64,000 nucleotides of DNA, from positions 179,578-243,577 of the forward strand of contig CAVYZN010000009.1 of NCBI GenBank assembly GCA_963773065.1, read 5' to 3'. Origin of the DNA: an uncultured Gammaproteobacteria bacterium (GTDB lineage: Bacteria > Pseudomonadota > Gammaproteobacteria > UBA9214). How positions within the stretch are numbered: the stretch's first letter is position 1; each line of letters opens with the position of its first letter. Of the stretch, positions 1-9,828 are shown piece by piece. The position numbers were made by a program, and so were the translations under genes. The notes under the pieces are model-generated. The model did no database searches. It was not told the origin of the DNA and saw nothing but the letters and a program-made list of their open reading frames with translations.

Positions 1-80
1 CTCATGCCCGAGCGGGTTTTCTCACTTCTCACTTTTTACTTGTTACTTTTTTCTGTGGGTTCAGTGGATTCCGTGGCCAT
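1..80. repeat. Right half of the composite intergenic repeat cassette (CTCACTT heptamers plus TTCCGTGG triple motif), cut by the window edge
   Basis: catgcccgagcgggttttctcacttctcac...gtggattccgtggccat matches the right ends of the copies at 4300-4397 and 6815-6901. Confidence 0.8.
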
Positions 81-147
81 AATCCGTGACCATAAAAAGT
101 GGGGACACCTTTTACCTTTCCTATAGTGAAAGAGTAGACTAGCCGCC

Positions 148-948
148 GTGTATACCTTCTGCCCGACATGCTCGACGATTTTTGCCATTAAGGCCGAGCA
201 TCTGCTTGCGGCCGCTGGACGGGTGCGCTGCGGGGAGTGTGGCCAGGTCTTTCGCGCCTTTGATTATGTGTATGAGGATCTGGCGACGGTTCAGGCGGCG
301 CTTGCCGAGTACCATGCCCCGCAAGCGAATCAACACGTGTATGAACGGCCGGTTGGGTCTGGTGATGCCGGCGGAGAGGTCGAGGCGGATGACGGGTATG
401 ATGTCTTCGCTGACAACAGCGCCGCCGGCATCCTGATGCAGCCGGAGTTTTCCGGCGCCATGTCAGGAAGCACTCTTACCTGGCGGAATCTCGCTAAAGG
501 GGTCATCATCGGCGCGCTGTCGTTGCTGCTGGGCGGGCAATGGCTGTTCTTCAACCGCACCGAATTGGCGGCGGAGAGCGTCTGGCGCCCCAAACTGGAA
601 AGTCTCTGTTCCTTCCTGCATTGTGAGCTGCCCCTGCGGGTCGACCTGTCCCGCATCGAACTGGTCAGCCGCGATGTGCGCAAGCATCCGCAGGTCGCGG
701 GTGCGTTGCAAATCAACGCCACCCTCGTCAACCGCGCCGGTTTTACCCAGCCTTACCCGGTCCTTGCCATCACCTTCTCGAATCCCTCCGGTACACCCGT
801 CGCGGCGCGCCGTTTCAAACCCGCCGAATACCTCGGCGAGCAGACCGATATCGAGGCGGGTATGGCGACGGATACGCCGCTGCAGGTGATGCTGGAGATC
901 GAAGATCCGGGCGAGGACGCGGTTTCCTTCCAGTTCGAATTTCTCTGA
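148..948 (+). CDS. Zinc-ribbon (MJ0042-type) plus DUF3426 membrane protein
   Basis: N-terminal CPTC...GRVRCGEC finger, single TM helix, C-terminal DUF3426-like domain; usual position upstream of dusB-fis. Confidence 0.85.
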   Translation: MYTFCPTCSTIFAIKAEHLLAAAGRVRCGECGQVFRAFDYVYEDLATVQAALAEYHAPQANQHVYERPVGSGDAGGEVEADDGYDVFADNSAAGILMQPEFSGAMSGSTLTWRNLAKGVIIGALSLLLGGQWLFFNRTELAAESVWRPKLESLCSFLHCELPLRVDLSRIELVSRDVRKHPQVAGALQINATLVNRAGFTQPYPVLAITFSNPSGTPVAARRFKPAEYLGEQTDIEAGMATDTPLQVMLEIEDPGEDAVSFQFEFL

Positions 949-1057
949 TTTTCAGGCCCTTCCGTACGGCGCTTTGCGCCACTTTATCCTGACCGTGGAT
1001 GCGAGTATCATTCTGCGTCCTTCACCCCCGGAATCCCCAAGAAAAGACACAAATCCG

Positions 1058-2044
1058 GTGCGAATAGGACCTTACACACTACCGAACAACGTGATACTCG
1101 CACCCATGGCGGGCGTTACCGACCGGCCGTTTCGGCTGCTATGCCGTTCGCTCGGCGCCGGTCTGGCCGTGTCCGAGATGGTTTCCTCAAACGCGCTCGT
1201 GTGGGGCAGCGAAAAGACCCGGCGTCGAATTGACCATGCCGGTGAAACCGAACCGGTTTGTGTGCAAATCGCCGGGGCCGATCCGGACATGATGGCGAAT
1301 GCCGCCCGCTACAACGTCGCGCAGGGAGCCCAGATCATCGACATCAACATGGGGTGCCCGGCGAAGAAGGTCTGCAACGTCATGGCGGGCTCCGCCCTGT
1401 TGCAGGACGAGGCGCTGGTTGGCCGCATTCTCGATGCCGTGGTTGCGGCCGTCGATGTCCCGGTTACCCTGAAGATCCGCACCGGCTGGGACCCCGCACA
1501 CCGCAACGCCCCGCGCATCGCCGCCATCGCCGAACAGGCCGGTATCCAGGCCCTGGCCGTGCACGGGCGCACCCGCGCCTGCGGTTACCGGGGCGAGGCC
1601 GAGCATGACACGGTGCGCGCCATCAAGGCCGCGGTGTCGATACCCGTCATCGCCAACGGCGATATCGCCTCGCCGCGAAAGGCCGCCGAGGTCCTGCGCT
1701 TCACGCAGGCCGATGCCGTCATGATCGGGCGCGCCGCGCAGGGCCGGCCGTGGATATTCCGCGAGATCACCCATTTCATGGCCACCGGCGAGCCGCTGCC
1801 GCCGCCGGCGCCCGAGGAGATCGGCCGCATCCTCGCGGGGCACCTCGACAAGCTCTACGAGTTTTACGGCGAGTACACCGGCGTGCGCGTCGCGCGCAAG
1901 CACATCGCCTGGTACAGCAAGGGCCAGCCGGACGGCAACCGCTTCCGCCAGCATATCAACCAGGCGGAATCGGCTGATGAACAGTTGAATCAGGTCAGGG
2001 ATTATTTCGCCCTGCTGACCGAACAGGAAGCATTGGCCGCATGA
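1058..2044 (+). CDS. dusB: tRNA-dihydrouridine synthase B
   Basis: LAPMAGVTDRPFR, DINMGCPAKKV and HGRTR motifs; directly upstream of fis; start taken at GTG 1058. Confidence 0.95.
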   Translation: MRIGPYTLPNNVILAPMAGVTDRPFRLLCRSLGAGLAVSEMVSSNALVWGSEKTRRRIDHAGETEPVCVQIAGADPDMMANAARYNVAQGAQIIDINMGCPAKKVCNVMAGSALLQDEALVGRILDAVVAAVDVPVTLKIRTGWDPAHRNAPRIAAIAEQAGIQALAVHGRTRACGYRGEAEHDTVRAIKAAVSIPVIANGDIASPRKAAEVLRFTQADAVMIGRAAQGRPWIFREITHFMATGEPLPPPAPEEIGRILAGHLDKLYEFYGEYTGVRVARKHIAWYSKGQPDGNRFRQHINQAESADEQLNQVRDYFALLTEQEALAA

Positions 2045-2304
2045 TGACGTCGACGGTAAGACGCGAGCGACGCAAACAGCCGATCCGGCGCAGCGTGCAG
2101 TCGGCGCTCGAACTCTACCTGGATGACCTGAACGGCCACCAGGTGAATGACCTGTATCACATGGTACTGGGCGAGGTGGAACCGGCGTTGCTGAATGTCG
2201 TCATGCAGCATGTGGACGGCAACCAGTCCCAGGCCGCGGAAATGCTGGGGATCACCCGCGCGACCCTGCGCAAGAAACTCAAGCAGTACGGGCTGGAGCA
2301 GTAG
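2041..2304 (+). CDS. fis: DNA-binding protein Fis
   Basis: GNQSQAAEMLGITRATLRKKLKQY helix-turn-helix; dusB-fis operon. Confidence 0.93.
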   Translation: MMTSTVRRERRKQPIRRSVQSALELYLDDLNGHQVNDLYHMVLGEVEPALLNVVMQHVDGNQSQAAEMLGITRATLRKKLKQYGLEQ

Positions 2305-2343
2305 CTTCGCCGGTTCTTGATCGGCGCGAATTCCACAATCGAT

Positions 2344-2503
2344 GTAGGGTGGGTTAGGCACGTCAGTTTGTGCCGTAACCCACCGGATGTGCCGCCAGGC
2401 ACTCACTAAAAAATGCGTTGTGTTGCTGCGCAACGCTTGGTGGGTTACGCAAAAAACGCTAACCCACCCTACTTTCTATTGTAGGAGCGGGCTTGCCCGC
2501 GAA
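2344..2503. repeat. GTAG-type REP elements: an inverted doublet (2344-2472) plus a second REP class (2481-2503)
   Basis: GTAGGGTGGGTTAG...CTAACCCACCCTAC inverted pair with internal hairpins, followed by GTAGGAGCGGGCTTGCCCGCGAA. Confidence 0.8.
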
Positions 2504-2517
2504 CCTGAGATGCCCCT

Positions 2518-4083
2518 ATGAACAAAATACAAAGAGCGCTGATCAGCGTATCCGACAAGACCGGTATTGCCGAATTCGCGCGGGGGTTGAGCGCGTTGGG
2601 CATCGAGATCCTGTCCACCGGCGGGACCGCGCGCCTGCTCGCGGAAGCCGGCGTTCCCGTGGTCGAGGTGTCCGACTACACCGGGTTTCCGGAGATGATG
2701 GACGGGCGCGTCAAGACCCTGCATCCGAAGGTGCATGGCGGCATCCTCGCCCGGCGTGGCATCGACGAGGCGGTCATGGCGGAAAACGGGATCGCGCCCA
2801 TCGACCTGGTCGTGGTCAATCTCTATCCGTTTGAACGGACCGTGGCGCGCGCGGACTGCGACCTGGCGACGGCGATCGAGACGATCGATATCGGCGGGCC
2901 CACCCTGCTGCGCGCCGCGGCCAAGAACCACGCGGCCGTCACCGTGATCGTCGACGGCGCCGATTACGCGCCGGTGCTCTCGGAACTGCGGCAGCATGGC
3001 GCCATCGCGGATGCCACCCGCTACGCGCTGGCGGTCAAGACCTTCGAACACACGGCCCGTTATGACGGGGCCATCGCGAATTACCTGGGCGGCATCACCC
3101 CCGATGGTGAGCGTGAGCTGTTTCCGCGCACCATCAATTTCCAGTTTCGCCGGGTGCAGGCGATGCGCTACGGGGAAAATCCGCATCAGCGCGCCGCCTT
3201 TTATGTCGAGCATGAGCCCACCGCGGCCTCGGTTGCGACCGCGCGGCAGTTGCAGGGCAAGGAACTGTCCTATAACAATGTGGCGGACACCGATGCGGCG
3301 CTGGAGTGCGTGAAGTCTTTCACCGAGGGGCCGGCCTGCGTGATCGTGAAGCACGCCAACCCCTGCGGCGTGGCGCTCGGCGCCACCCTGCATGAAGCCT
3401 ATGAGCGTGCCTTCAGGACGGATCCTACCTCGGCGTTTGGCGGCATCATCGCCTTCAACCGGCCGCTGGATGCGGGCACGGCCCAAGCCATCATCGAGCG
3501 CCAGTTCGTCGAGGTCATCATCGCCCCGGCGGTCGAGGCGGCGGCACTGCCGGTACTGGCCGCCAAGAAGAATGTGCGCGTGCTGGAATGCGGCGCCTTT
3601 GGTGACGAGCCGGCTGCGGGGCTGGATTTCAAGCGCGTCAACGGCGGCCTGCTGGTGCAGGACCGCGATCTCGGCCGGGTGAGTGAACGCGATCTCAAGG
3701 TCGTGACCCGGCGCGCACCCACGCCGGCGGAAACGCAGGACCTGCTGTTTGCCTGGCGGGTCGGCAAATTCGTCAAATCCAATGCCATCGTCTACTGCAA
3801 GGACGGCATGACCATCGGCGTCGGCGCCGGCCAGATGAGCCGGGTCTACAGCGCCAGGATTGCCGCGCTCAAGGCGGCGGATGAAGGCTTGGAAGTGCGC
3901 GGGTCGGTGATGGCCTCGGATGCCTTCTTCCCGTTCCGCGACGGCATCGACCAGGCGGCCGCGGCCGGCATCGTCGCCGTCATCCAGCCGGGTGGCTCCA
4001 TGCGCGATGACGAGGTCATCGCCGCCGCCGACGAACACGGCATGGCGATGGTGTTCACCGGCATGCGCCATTTCCGGCATTAA
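2518..4083 (+). CDS. purH: Bifunctional AICAR transformylase / IMP cyclohydrolase
   Basis: [28 protein letters not shown] and C-terminal GMRHFRH. Confidence 0.98.
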   Translation: MNKIQRALISVSDKTGIAEFARGLSALGIEILSTGGTARLLAEAGVPVVEVSDYTGFPEMMDGRVKTLHPKVHGGILARRGIDEAVMAENGIAPIDLVVVNLYPFERTVARADCDLATAIETIDIGGPTLLRAAAKNHAAVTVIVDGADYAPVLSELRQHGAIADATRYALAVKTFEHTARYDGAIANYLGGITPDGERELFPRTINFQFRRVQAMRYGENPHQRAAFYVEHEPTAASVATARQLQGKELSYNNVADTDAALECVKSFTEGPACVIVKHANPCGVALGATLHEAYERAFRTDPTSAFGGIIAFNRPLDAGTAQAIIERQFVEVIIAPAVEAAALPVLAAKKNVRVLECGAFGDEPAAGLDFKRVNGGLLVQDRDLGRVSERDLKVVTRRAPTPAETQDLLFAWRVGKFVKSNAIVYCKDGMTIGVGAGQMSRVYSARIAALKAADEGLEVRGSVMASDAFFPFRDGIDQAAAAGIVAVIQPGGSMRDDEVIAAADEHGMAMVFTGMRHFRH

Positions 4084-4088
4084 AGAAA

Positions 4089-4397
4089 AAGTGGGAATGA
4101 GAAGTAGACGGAAGTACAAGTGAGAAGTAAGAAGTGAGAAGTGAGAAGAAAAACCCTGATAGCCACAGAATCCACCGAAGAACACGGAAAGTAAAAAGTG
4201 AGAACTGAAAGGTGAAAAGTGAAAATTTCCGCTCGTGCGTCGTGCGTACCAGAGATACTGCATTTCAATCCTCTGCAATCGCCACTGAAGTTCCTCGCTA
4301 TCCATGCACCAGCGCCCAACGGTCTTTCTCACCTCTTCTCACTTCTTACTTTTCACTTAATCATTTTTCCATGTTCTTCCGTGGATTCCGTGGCTAT
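4089..4397. repeat. Composite palindromic intergenic cassette: outer AAGTGAG array plus an element with long inverted ends (4159-4397)
   Basis: atagccacagaatccaccgaagaacacggaaa followed by heptamers, mirrored by ctcactt heptamers and tttccatgttcttccgtggattccgtggctat. Confidence 0.85.
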
Positions 4398-4408
4398 AAG
4401 ATAGAGCG

Positions 4409-5695
4409 ATGAACATTCTGATTATCGGCGGCGGCGGCCGTGAACATGCCCTGGCGTGGAAGGTGGCGCAGTCTCCGCAGGCGGAGACGGTGTTCGTGGC
4501 GCCGGGAAATGCCGGAACCGCCCACGAATCCGGTGTCCGGAATATCGCGATTGAGGCCAATGACATCGATGCGCTGGTGGCCTTTGCCAGGGAACACACG
4601 GTCGGGTTGACCATCGTCGGGCCCGAGATCCCGCTGGTCGCCGGAGTGGTGGATCGTTTCAACGCGGCGGGCCTGCGCTGCTTCGGGCCGACAAAGGCCG
4701 CCGCGCAACTGGAAGGTTCCAAGACCTTCAGCAAGGATTTCCTCGCGCGTCACGGTATCCCTACCGCGCGCTATGCGGCGTTCACCAGCGTACCCGAGGC
4801 GCTCGACTATATCCATGAATGCGGCGCGCCCATCGTGGTCAAGGCCGACGGCCTGGCGGCCGGGAAGGGGGTGATCCTGGCGCGGACCGAGGCGGAAGCC
4901 ATCGCGGCGGTTAATGATATGTTGAGCGGCAACGTGTTCGGGAAAGCCGGTCACCGGGTCGTCATCGAGGAGTTCCTGGAAGGGGAAGAAGCCAGTTTCA
5001 TCGTCATGGTGGATGGCGCGCAGGCGCTGCCGCTCGCGACCTCGCAGGATCACAAGGCGCGCGATGACGGCGATACCGGGCCCAATACCGGCGGCATGGG
5101 CGCCTATTCACCGGCGCCGGTGGTCACCTCCGAGATACATCGGCGCGTCATGAACGAGGTGATCCGCCCGACGGTGCGCGGCATGGCCGAGGAAGGCCAT
5201 GCCTACACCGGGTTCCTCTATGCCGGGTTGATGATCGCCGCGGACGGCACCCCGAAGGTGCTTGAATTCAATGTGCGCTTTGGCGACCCGGAAACCCAGC
5301 CGATCATGCTGCGCCTCAAGTCCGACCTGGTGGGGCTGTGCCTGGCGGCGCTTGCAGGCAGGCTCGATGACGTGGACGCAGTATGGGATGAGCGCGCCGC
5401 GCTCGGGGTGGTGCTGGCCGCCGGCGGCTACCCGGGTGATTACCGCAAGGGCGATGTCATCGAAGGGATACATGCGGCTGACGACGAGAACTGCAAGGTC
5501 TTTCATGCCGGCACGCAGGAAAAGGACGGGCGTGTCGTGACCGCCGGCGGACGCGTGCTGTGTGTCTGCGCGCTGGGCGTAACGGTCGCCGAGGCGCGGC
5601 AAAAAGCCTACCGGTGCATCGACAGGATCAAATGGCCGGACATGTATTACCGCACGGACATCGGTTACCGGGCGATAGCGCGTGAGAAAAAGTGA
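4409..5695 (+). CDS. purD: Phosphoribosylamine-glycine ligase
   Basis: GGGGREHALAW, KADGLAAGKGV, NTGGMGAYSP and RFGDPETQ motifs. Confidence 0.98.
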   Translation: MNILIIGGGGREHALAWKVAQSPQAETVFVAPGNAGTAHESGVRNIAIEANDIDALVAFAREHTVGLTIVGPEIPLVAGVVDRFNAAGLRCFGPTKAAAQLEGSKTFSKDFLARHGIPTARYAAFTSVPEALDYIHECGAPIVVKADGLAAGKGVILARTEAEAIAAVNDMLSGNVFGKAGHRVVIEEFLEGEEASFIVMVDGAQALPLATSQDHKARDDGDTGPNTGGMGAYSPAPVVTSEIHRRVMNEVIRPTVRGMAEEGHAYTGFLYAGLMIAADGTPKVLEFNVRFGDPETQPIMLRLKSDLVGLCLAALAGRLDDVDAVWDERAALGVVLAAGGYPGDYRKGDVIEGIHAADDENCKVFHAGTQEKDGRVVTAGGRVLCVCALGVTVAEARQKAYRCIDRIKWPDMYYRTDIGYRAIAREKK

Positions 5696-6021
5696 GAAGT
5701 GAGAAGTGAGAAGTGAGAAGAGAACCCTGATGGCCACAGGTGCTCCCGGCTTCCTCGGCAATTGCTCCTGCATTGCCTACTCCGCACCCTGCAGACGTGC
5801 CCCACGCGACATTGTTCACCCTGAACATCGGCACACGGAAATCCGGAAGGAATTCAAATCTCCACGCAGGATACACATGGCGCACCCTGCGAGTTATGCG
5901 TGATGTACTTTGTAAACTGCTGTGGATCCTTGACTATTACTGTCTATCCATGCACGCGGCCAAGTGGTTTTTTCACTTCTCACTTCTCACTTTTTACTTT
6001 CCGGTGTTCTTCCGTGGCCAT
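5690..6021. repeat. Composite intergenic cassette with a nested hairpin insertion
   Basis: (AAGTGAG)4 overlapping the purD stop; atggccac...gcacacggaa interrupted by about 90 bp; right end ctcacttctcac...ttccgtggccat. Confidence 0.8.
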
Positions 6022-6048
6022 AACCCGGTGCTATAAAGGAGAGCAAGA

Positions 6049-6606
6049 ATGGAAATATTCGGATGGGTGTTGGTGGCGATCATCATAGGAGTCCCCCTGC
6101 TGGGGATCGTGTTCTACAATCGCCTGGTCGGCCTCAATAACCAGGTTAAGAATGCCTGGCGGCAGATCGATGTGCAACTCAAGCGCCGTCACGACCTGAT
6201 TCCCAATCTGGTCGAGGTCGTCAAGGACTACATGTCCTACGAGCAGGAGACGCTGCAGAAAGTGATCCAGGCGCGCAACCAGGCCGTCGGTGCGCACAGC
6301 CCGGAAGAGGCGATAGCCGCCGAGGGGGTGCTGGGCGGCGCGCTGGGCAAGCTGTTTGCCCTGATGGAAAACTACCCGGATCTCAAGGCCAACGAGAATG
6401 TCGCGCGCCTGATGGAGGAACTGAGCGCGACCGAGAACAAGATTTCCTTCTCGCGCCAGTTTTACAACGACAGCGTCATGGCGCTCAACAATGGCGTGCA
6501 GTCCTTTCCATCCAATTTCGTGGCCGGCCTGTTCGGCTTCCGTGAGGCGACCTATTTCGAGACGCCGGAGGCGGAAACCGCGACGCCCAGGGTCGATCTG
6601 CGCTGA
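6049..6606 (+). CDS. lemA: LemA family protein
   Basis: N-terminal TM helix, AWRQIDVQLKRRHDLIPNLVE, ENYPDLKAN, RQFYN; AAGGAG RBS. Confidence 0.93.
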   Translation: MEIFGWVLVAIIIGVPLLGIVFYNRLVGLNNQVKNAWRQIDVQLKRRHDLIPNLVEVVKDYMSYEQETLQKVIQARNQAVGAHSPEEAIAAEGVLGGALGKLFALMENYPDLKANENVARLMEELSATENKISFSRQFYNDSVMALNNGVQSFPSNFVAGLFGFREATYFETPEAETATPRVDLR

Positions 6607-6614
6607 CAAGGCAG

Positions 6615-6901
6615 GTGAAAAGTGAAAAGTAAAAAACGTGAGAAGTGAGAAGTGAGAAGTGAGAAGTGAGAATCGTGAATAGCCACGGAATCACACGGAA
6701 AACACGGACGGAGTTCATAAAAATCACACGCAGGATGCGCTCGGTGCACACTGCGAGTGACGTATAATGTTCTTCCCTGAGCTATCAGTGGACCCCGTGG
6801 TCATCACCGCCTATCCATGCCCCAGCGCCCGAGCGGATTTTTTCACTTCTCACTTCTTACTTCATTACTTTTCGGTGTTCTTCCGTGGATTTCGTGGCCA
6901 T
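6615..6901. repeat. Composite intergenic cassette
   Basis: AAGTGAG array at 6615-6672; atagccacggaatcacacggaaaacacgga at 6679; inverted end ttccgtggatttcgtggccat at 6901. Confidence 0.85.
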
Positions 6902-6957
6902 CAGAATTCAATGTTTCACTTTGCACCTTTAACGTCTCGAGTTTTCAAAGCCATTTG

Positions 6958-8055
6958 ATGGAATCCTCACCCACCAAACCATGCCCGGAGTGCGGTACCG
7001 CCAACCGCCCGCACGCCAGGACCTGTCGGCAGTGCGGTGCGCCGCTGATCAGTGACTGGCAGGAAAAACCCCTGCTGCGCAACAAGGTCCTGCGACGGAC
7101 CGACTTCATGGCGGCGGCGCGCGCCAATCAGCGGGCGACGCGGCGACTGGTGCTGGTGCTGCTGCTGGTCCTGGTCGTGCTGGGCTACCTGCTGGGCTGG
7201 AGTCTGCAGGCCATGACGGGAAATATCCCGGTGGAAAACGAAACCATCTGGTTTGCCAGCCGATGGGGAGGATGGACGGCTCTTGTCCTGTGTTTCATCG
7301 GCGCCGTCTGGTCATGGATCTCTTTTCGCGCCGGAGACCGGATCATTCTGCGCATGACCGGGGCCGATCCTGTCAGCGTTGATGAGGAACCGCAACTGCA
7401 CAACGTGGTCGAGGAAATGGCCATAGCGGCCGGCATACGCAAACCGCGCGTCTGCGTGATCGAGACGGATGCGCTCAATGCCTTCGCCACCGGCATGCAC
7501 CCCGCGCGCGCCTCGATCGGGGTGACGCGCGGCTTGTTGGATGCGCTCAATCGTGAGGAACTGCAGGGCGTCATCGGGCACGAGATGGGGCATATCGTGA
7601 ACTGGGATATTCGTTATGCCACCGCGGTCGGTGTCATAGTCGGGCTGATTGCGCTGGTCTGTGACGGCGCGCTGCGCTCACTGCGTTTCTCCGGCCGTTC
7701 GCGGCAATCAGGCGGCCGCGCGGGCGGCGGCGCGGTCGTGATTGTGCTGTTTCTACTGGTCTTTGCCGCACTCGCGCCGTTGTTTTCCCGTCTGGTGCAA
7801 ATGGCGGTGTCGCGGCAGCGGGAGTTTCTCGCCGACGCCACCAGCGTGCGCCTGACGCGCCACCCGGAAGGTCTGATTTCCGCGCTGGAAAAACTCGAGC
7901 TCAGCGCAAAACCCTTCACGGGCGCCAACCGCGCGACACAGCACATGTTCATCGTGAATCCATTCAGGAATTTCTCCGAACAGGCCAGCAGCTTGATGGC
8001 TACCCATCCGCCGCTTGAGCTGCGCATACGGCGGCTGCGGAACTTGGGAGAGTAG
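6958..8055 (+). CDS. M48 family zinc metalloprotease (HtpX-like) with N-terminal zinc ribbon
   Basis: CPEC...CRQC, NAFATG, HEMGH, SRQREFLADA and ATHPPLELRI; start at ATG 6958 (upstream ORF extension is repeat DNA). Confidence 0.9.
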   Translation: MESSPTKPCPECGTANRPHARTCRQCGAPLISDWQEKPLLRNKVLRRTDFMAAARANQRATRRLVLVLLLVLVVLGYLLGWSLQAMTGNIPVENETIWFASRWGGWTALVLCFIGAVWSWISFRAGDRIILRMTGADPVSVDEEPQLHNVVEEMAIAAGIRKPRVCVIETDALNAFATGMHPARASIGVTRGLLDALNREELQGVIGHEMGHIVNWDIRYATAVGVIVGLIALVCDGALRSLRFSGRSRQSGGRAGGGAVVIVLFLLVFAALAPLFSRLVQMAVSRQREFLADATSVRLTRHPEGLISALEKLELSAKPFTGANRATQHMFIVNPFRNFSEQASSLMATHPPLELRIRRLRNLGE

Positions 8056-8056
8056 G

Positions 8057-8391
8057 AAGTGAAAGTGAAAAGTGAGAAGTGAGAAGTAAGAAGTAAGAAG
8101 TGAGAAGTGAAACGTGATATGTGAAGGGTTAAAAAGATCGTAATGGCCACGGGTCGCTTCCGGCTTCCAGCCTCACGCGACACTCGTACATCCCTGTACA
8201 TCGAAGCACACGGAGGAAGTAACTAGAAATCGTTAAACGCTGATCTTGGTGGAGTCGGTGCGCACGGCGCACCCTACAAAAGCCGGGCCTGAATGATCTG
8301 GGGTGATTGAACTGTTTCCGTTTGCTCCAGTGGCTATTATTTTCTCACTTCTCACTTCTCTACTTCTCACTTCTTACTTCTTACTTCTCAC
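8057..8391. repeat. Composite intergenic cassette between convergent genes, with heptamer arrays on both sides and a REP at 8257-8277
   Basis: AAGTGAG/AAGTAAG array at 8057-8110, inverted array at 8341-8391, inner atggccac...gtggctat (8143-8337), GGTGCGCACGGCGCACCCTAC. Confidence 0.85.
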
Positions 8392-9653
8392 TATCCCTGC
8401 CGTTTCATCGATTCGAAGAACTGGGCATTGCTCTTGGTGGCCTTCAGCTTGTCGAGCATGAATTCCATGGCGGCCAGTTCGTCCATGGGGTGCAGAAGCT
8501 TGCGCAGGATCCACATCTTCTGCAGTTCGGCCGGGTCGGTCAGCAGTTCCTCGCGGCGGGTGCCGGAGCGGTTGATGTTGATCGACGGGTAGACGCGTTT
8601 CTCGGAGATCTTGCGGTCAAGATGGATCTCCTGGTTGCCGGTGCCCTTGAATTCCTCGTAGATGACATCGTCCATGCGAGAGCCGGTGTCGATGAGGGCG
8701 GTGGCGAGTATGGTCAGGCTGCCGCCTTCCTCGATGTTGCGGGCCGCGCCGAAGAAACGTTTGGGACGCTGCAGGGCGTTGGCATCCACGCCACCGGTGA
8801 GTACCTTGCCGGAGGAGGGCACCACCGTATTGTAGGCGCGCGCGAGGCGGGTGATGGAATCGAGCAGGATGACCACGTCGCGCTTGTGCTCAACCAGGCG
8901 ACGCGCCTTTTCGATGACCATCTCGGCAACCTGCACATGGCGGCTGGCCGGTTCGTCGAAGGTGCTGGAGACGACCTCGCCCTGGACCGATCGCACCATC
9001 TCGGTGACTTCCTCGGGGCGTTCATCGATGAGCAGGACAATCAGGTAGCACTCCGGGTGGTTGGAGGTGATCGACTGCGCCACGTTCTGCAGCAGCATGG
9101 TCTTGCCGGCCTTGGGCGGTGATACGATCAGGCCGCGCTGACCCTTGCCGAGCGGCGCCACCATGTCGATGACGCGCGCCGTGATGTCTTCGGTGCTGCC
9201 ATTGCCGCGTTCCAGGGTCATCCGTTCATTGGGGTGGAGCGGCGTCAGGTTTTCAAAGGCGACCTTGTTCTTCGCATTTTCCGGTTTTTCGTAGTTGATT
9301 TCACTCACCTTGAGCAGAGCGAAGTAGCGTTCGCTGTCCTTGGGCGGGCGGATCTTGCCATCCACGGTGTCCCCGGTGCGCAGGCTGAAGCGGCGTATCT
9401 GGCTGGGTGAAACATAAATGTCATCCGGGCCGGCGAGATAGGAACTGTCCGCCGAACGCAGGAAGCCAAATCCGTCCTGGAGTATTTCCAGCACCCCGTT
9501 GCCGAAGATGTCCTCGCCCTTTTTGGCGTGGGATTTGAGTATGGCGAAAATGATGTCTTGCTTGCGGGACCGCGCCATTCCCTCGATACCCATTTCCTGG
9601 GCTATGGTGATGAGTTCGCTGGCGGGTTTCAGCTTGAGTTCGGAGAGATTCAT
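8391..9653 (-). CDS. rho: Transcription termination factor Rho
   Basis: [33 protein letters not shown]; 420 aa. Confidence 0.99.
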   Translation of the reverse strand: MNLSELKLKPASELITIAQEMGIEGMARSRKQDIIFAILKSHAKKGEDIFGNGVLEILQDGFGFLRSADSSYLAGPDDIYVSPSQIRRFSLRTGDTVDGKIRPPKDSERYFALLKVSEINYEKPENAKNKVAFENLTPLHPNERMTLERGNGSTEDITARVIDMVAPLGKGQRGLIVSPPKAGKTMLLQNVAQSITSNHPECYLIVLLIDERPEEVTEMVRSVQGEVVSSTFDEPASRHVQVAEMVIEKARRLVEHKRDVVILLDSITRLARAYNTVVPSSGKVLTGGVDANALQRPKRFFGAARNIEEGGSLTILATALIDTGSRMDDVIYEEFKGTGNQEIHLDRKISEKRVYPSININRSGTRREELLTDPAELQKMWILRKLLHPMDELAAMEFMLDKLKATKSNAQFFESMKRQG

Positions 9654-9828
9654 AGGGTGTCTTGGATGCGTATTTTTTGAATGAATGGATACGGCCGTGG
9701 CCGGGGAACATGAAAATGGAAACTGGGAAATGCCGTTCCGAGCGCGTGCGGGATCCGGAACGAAGGTGATTTTAAATTTTGCGTTACGCTAGCATGTGCC
9801 GCATTAAACGTCTACCCCCGTCAGTGAT

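Noticed and set aside
2476-4332. 618-aa ORF antisense to purH, and other long antisense ORFs (8307-9122, 26075-27337, 31505-32482, 36697-37809)
   Set aside because: Shadow ORFs of GC-rich genes, with no recognisable motifs.
4080-6958. Short ORFs rich in SHFSLLT or EK-EVRS (for example 4080-4319, 4212-4412, 5740-6036, 6485-6751, and the 6817-6957 extension)
   Set aside because: These are translations of the heptamer repeats, not proteins.
4089-8391. CRISPR array interpretation of the recurring repeats
   Set aside because: No constant 25-45 bp repeat with regular unique spacers; copies are separated by whole genes, and there are no cas genes.
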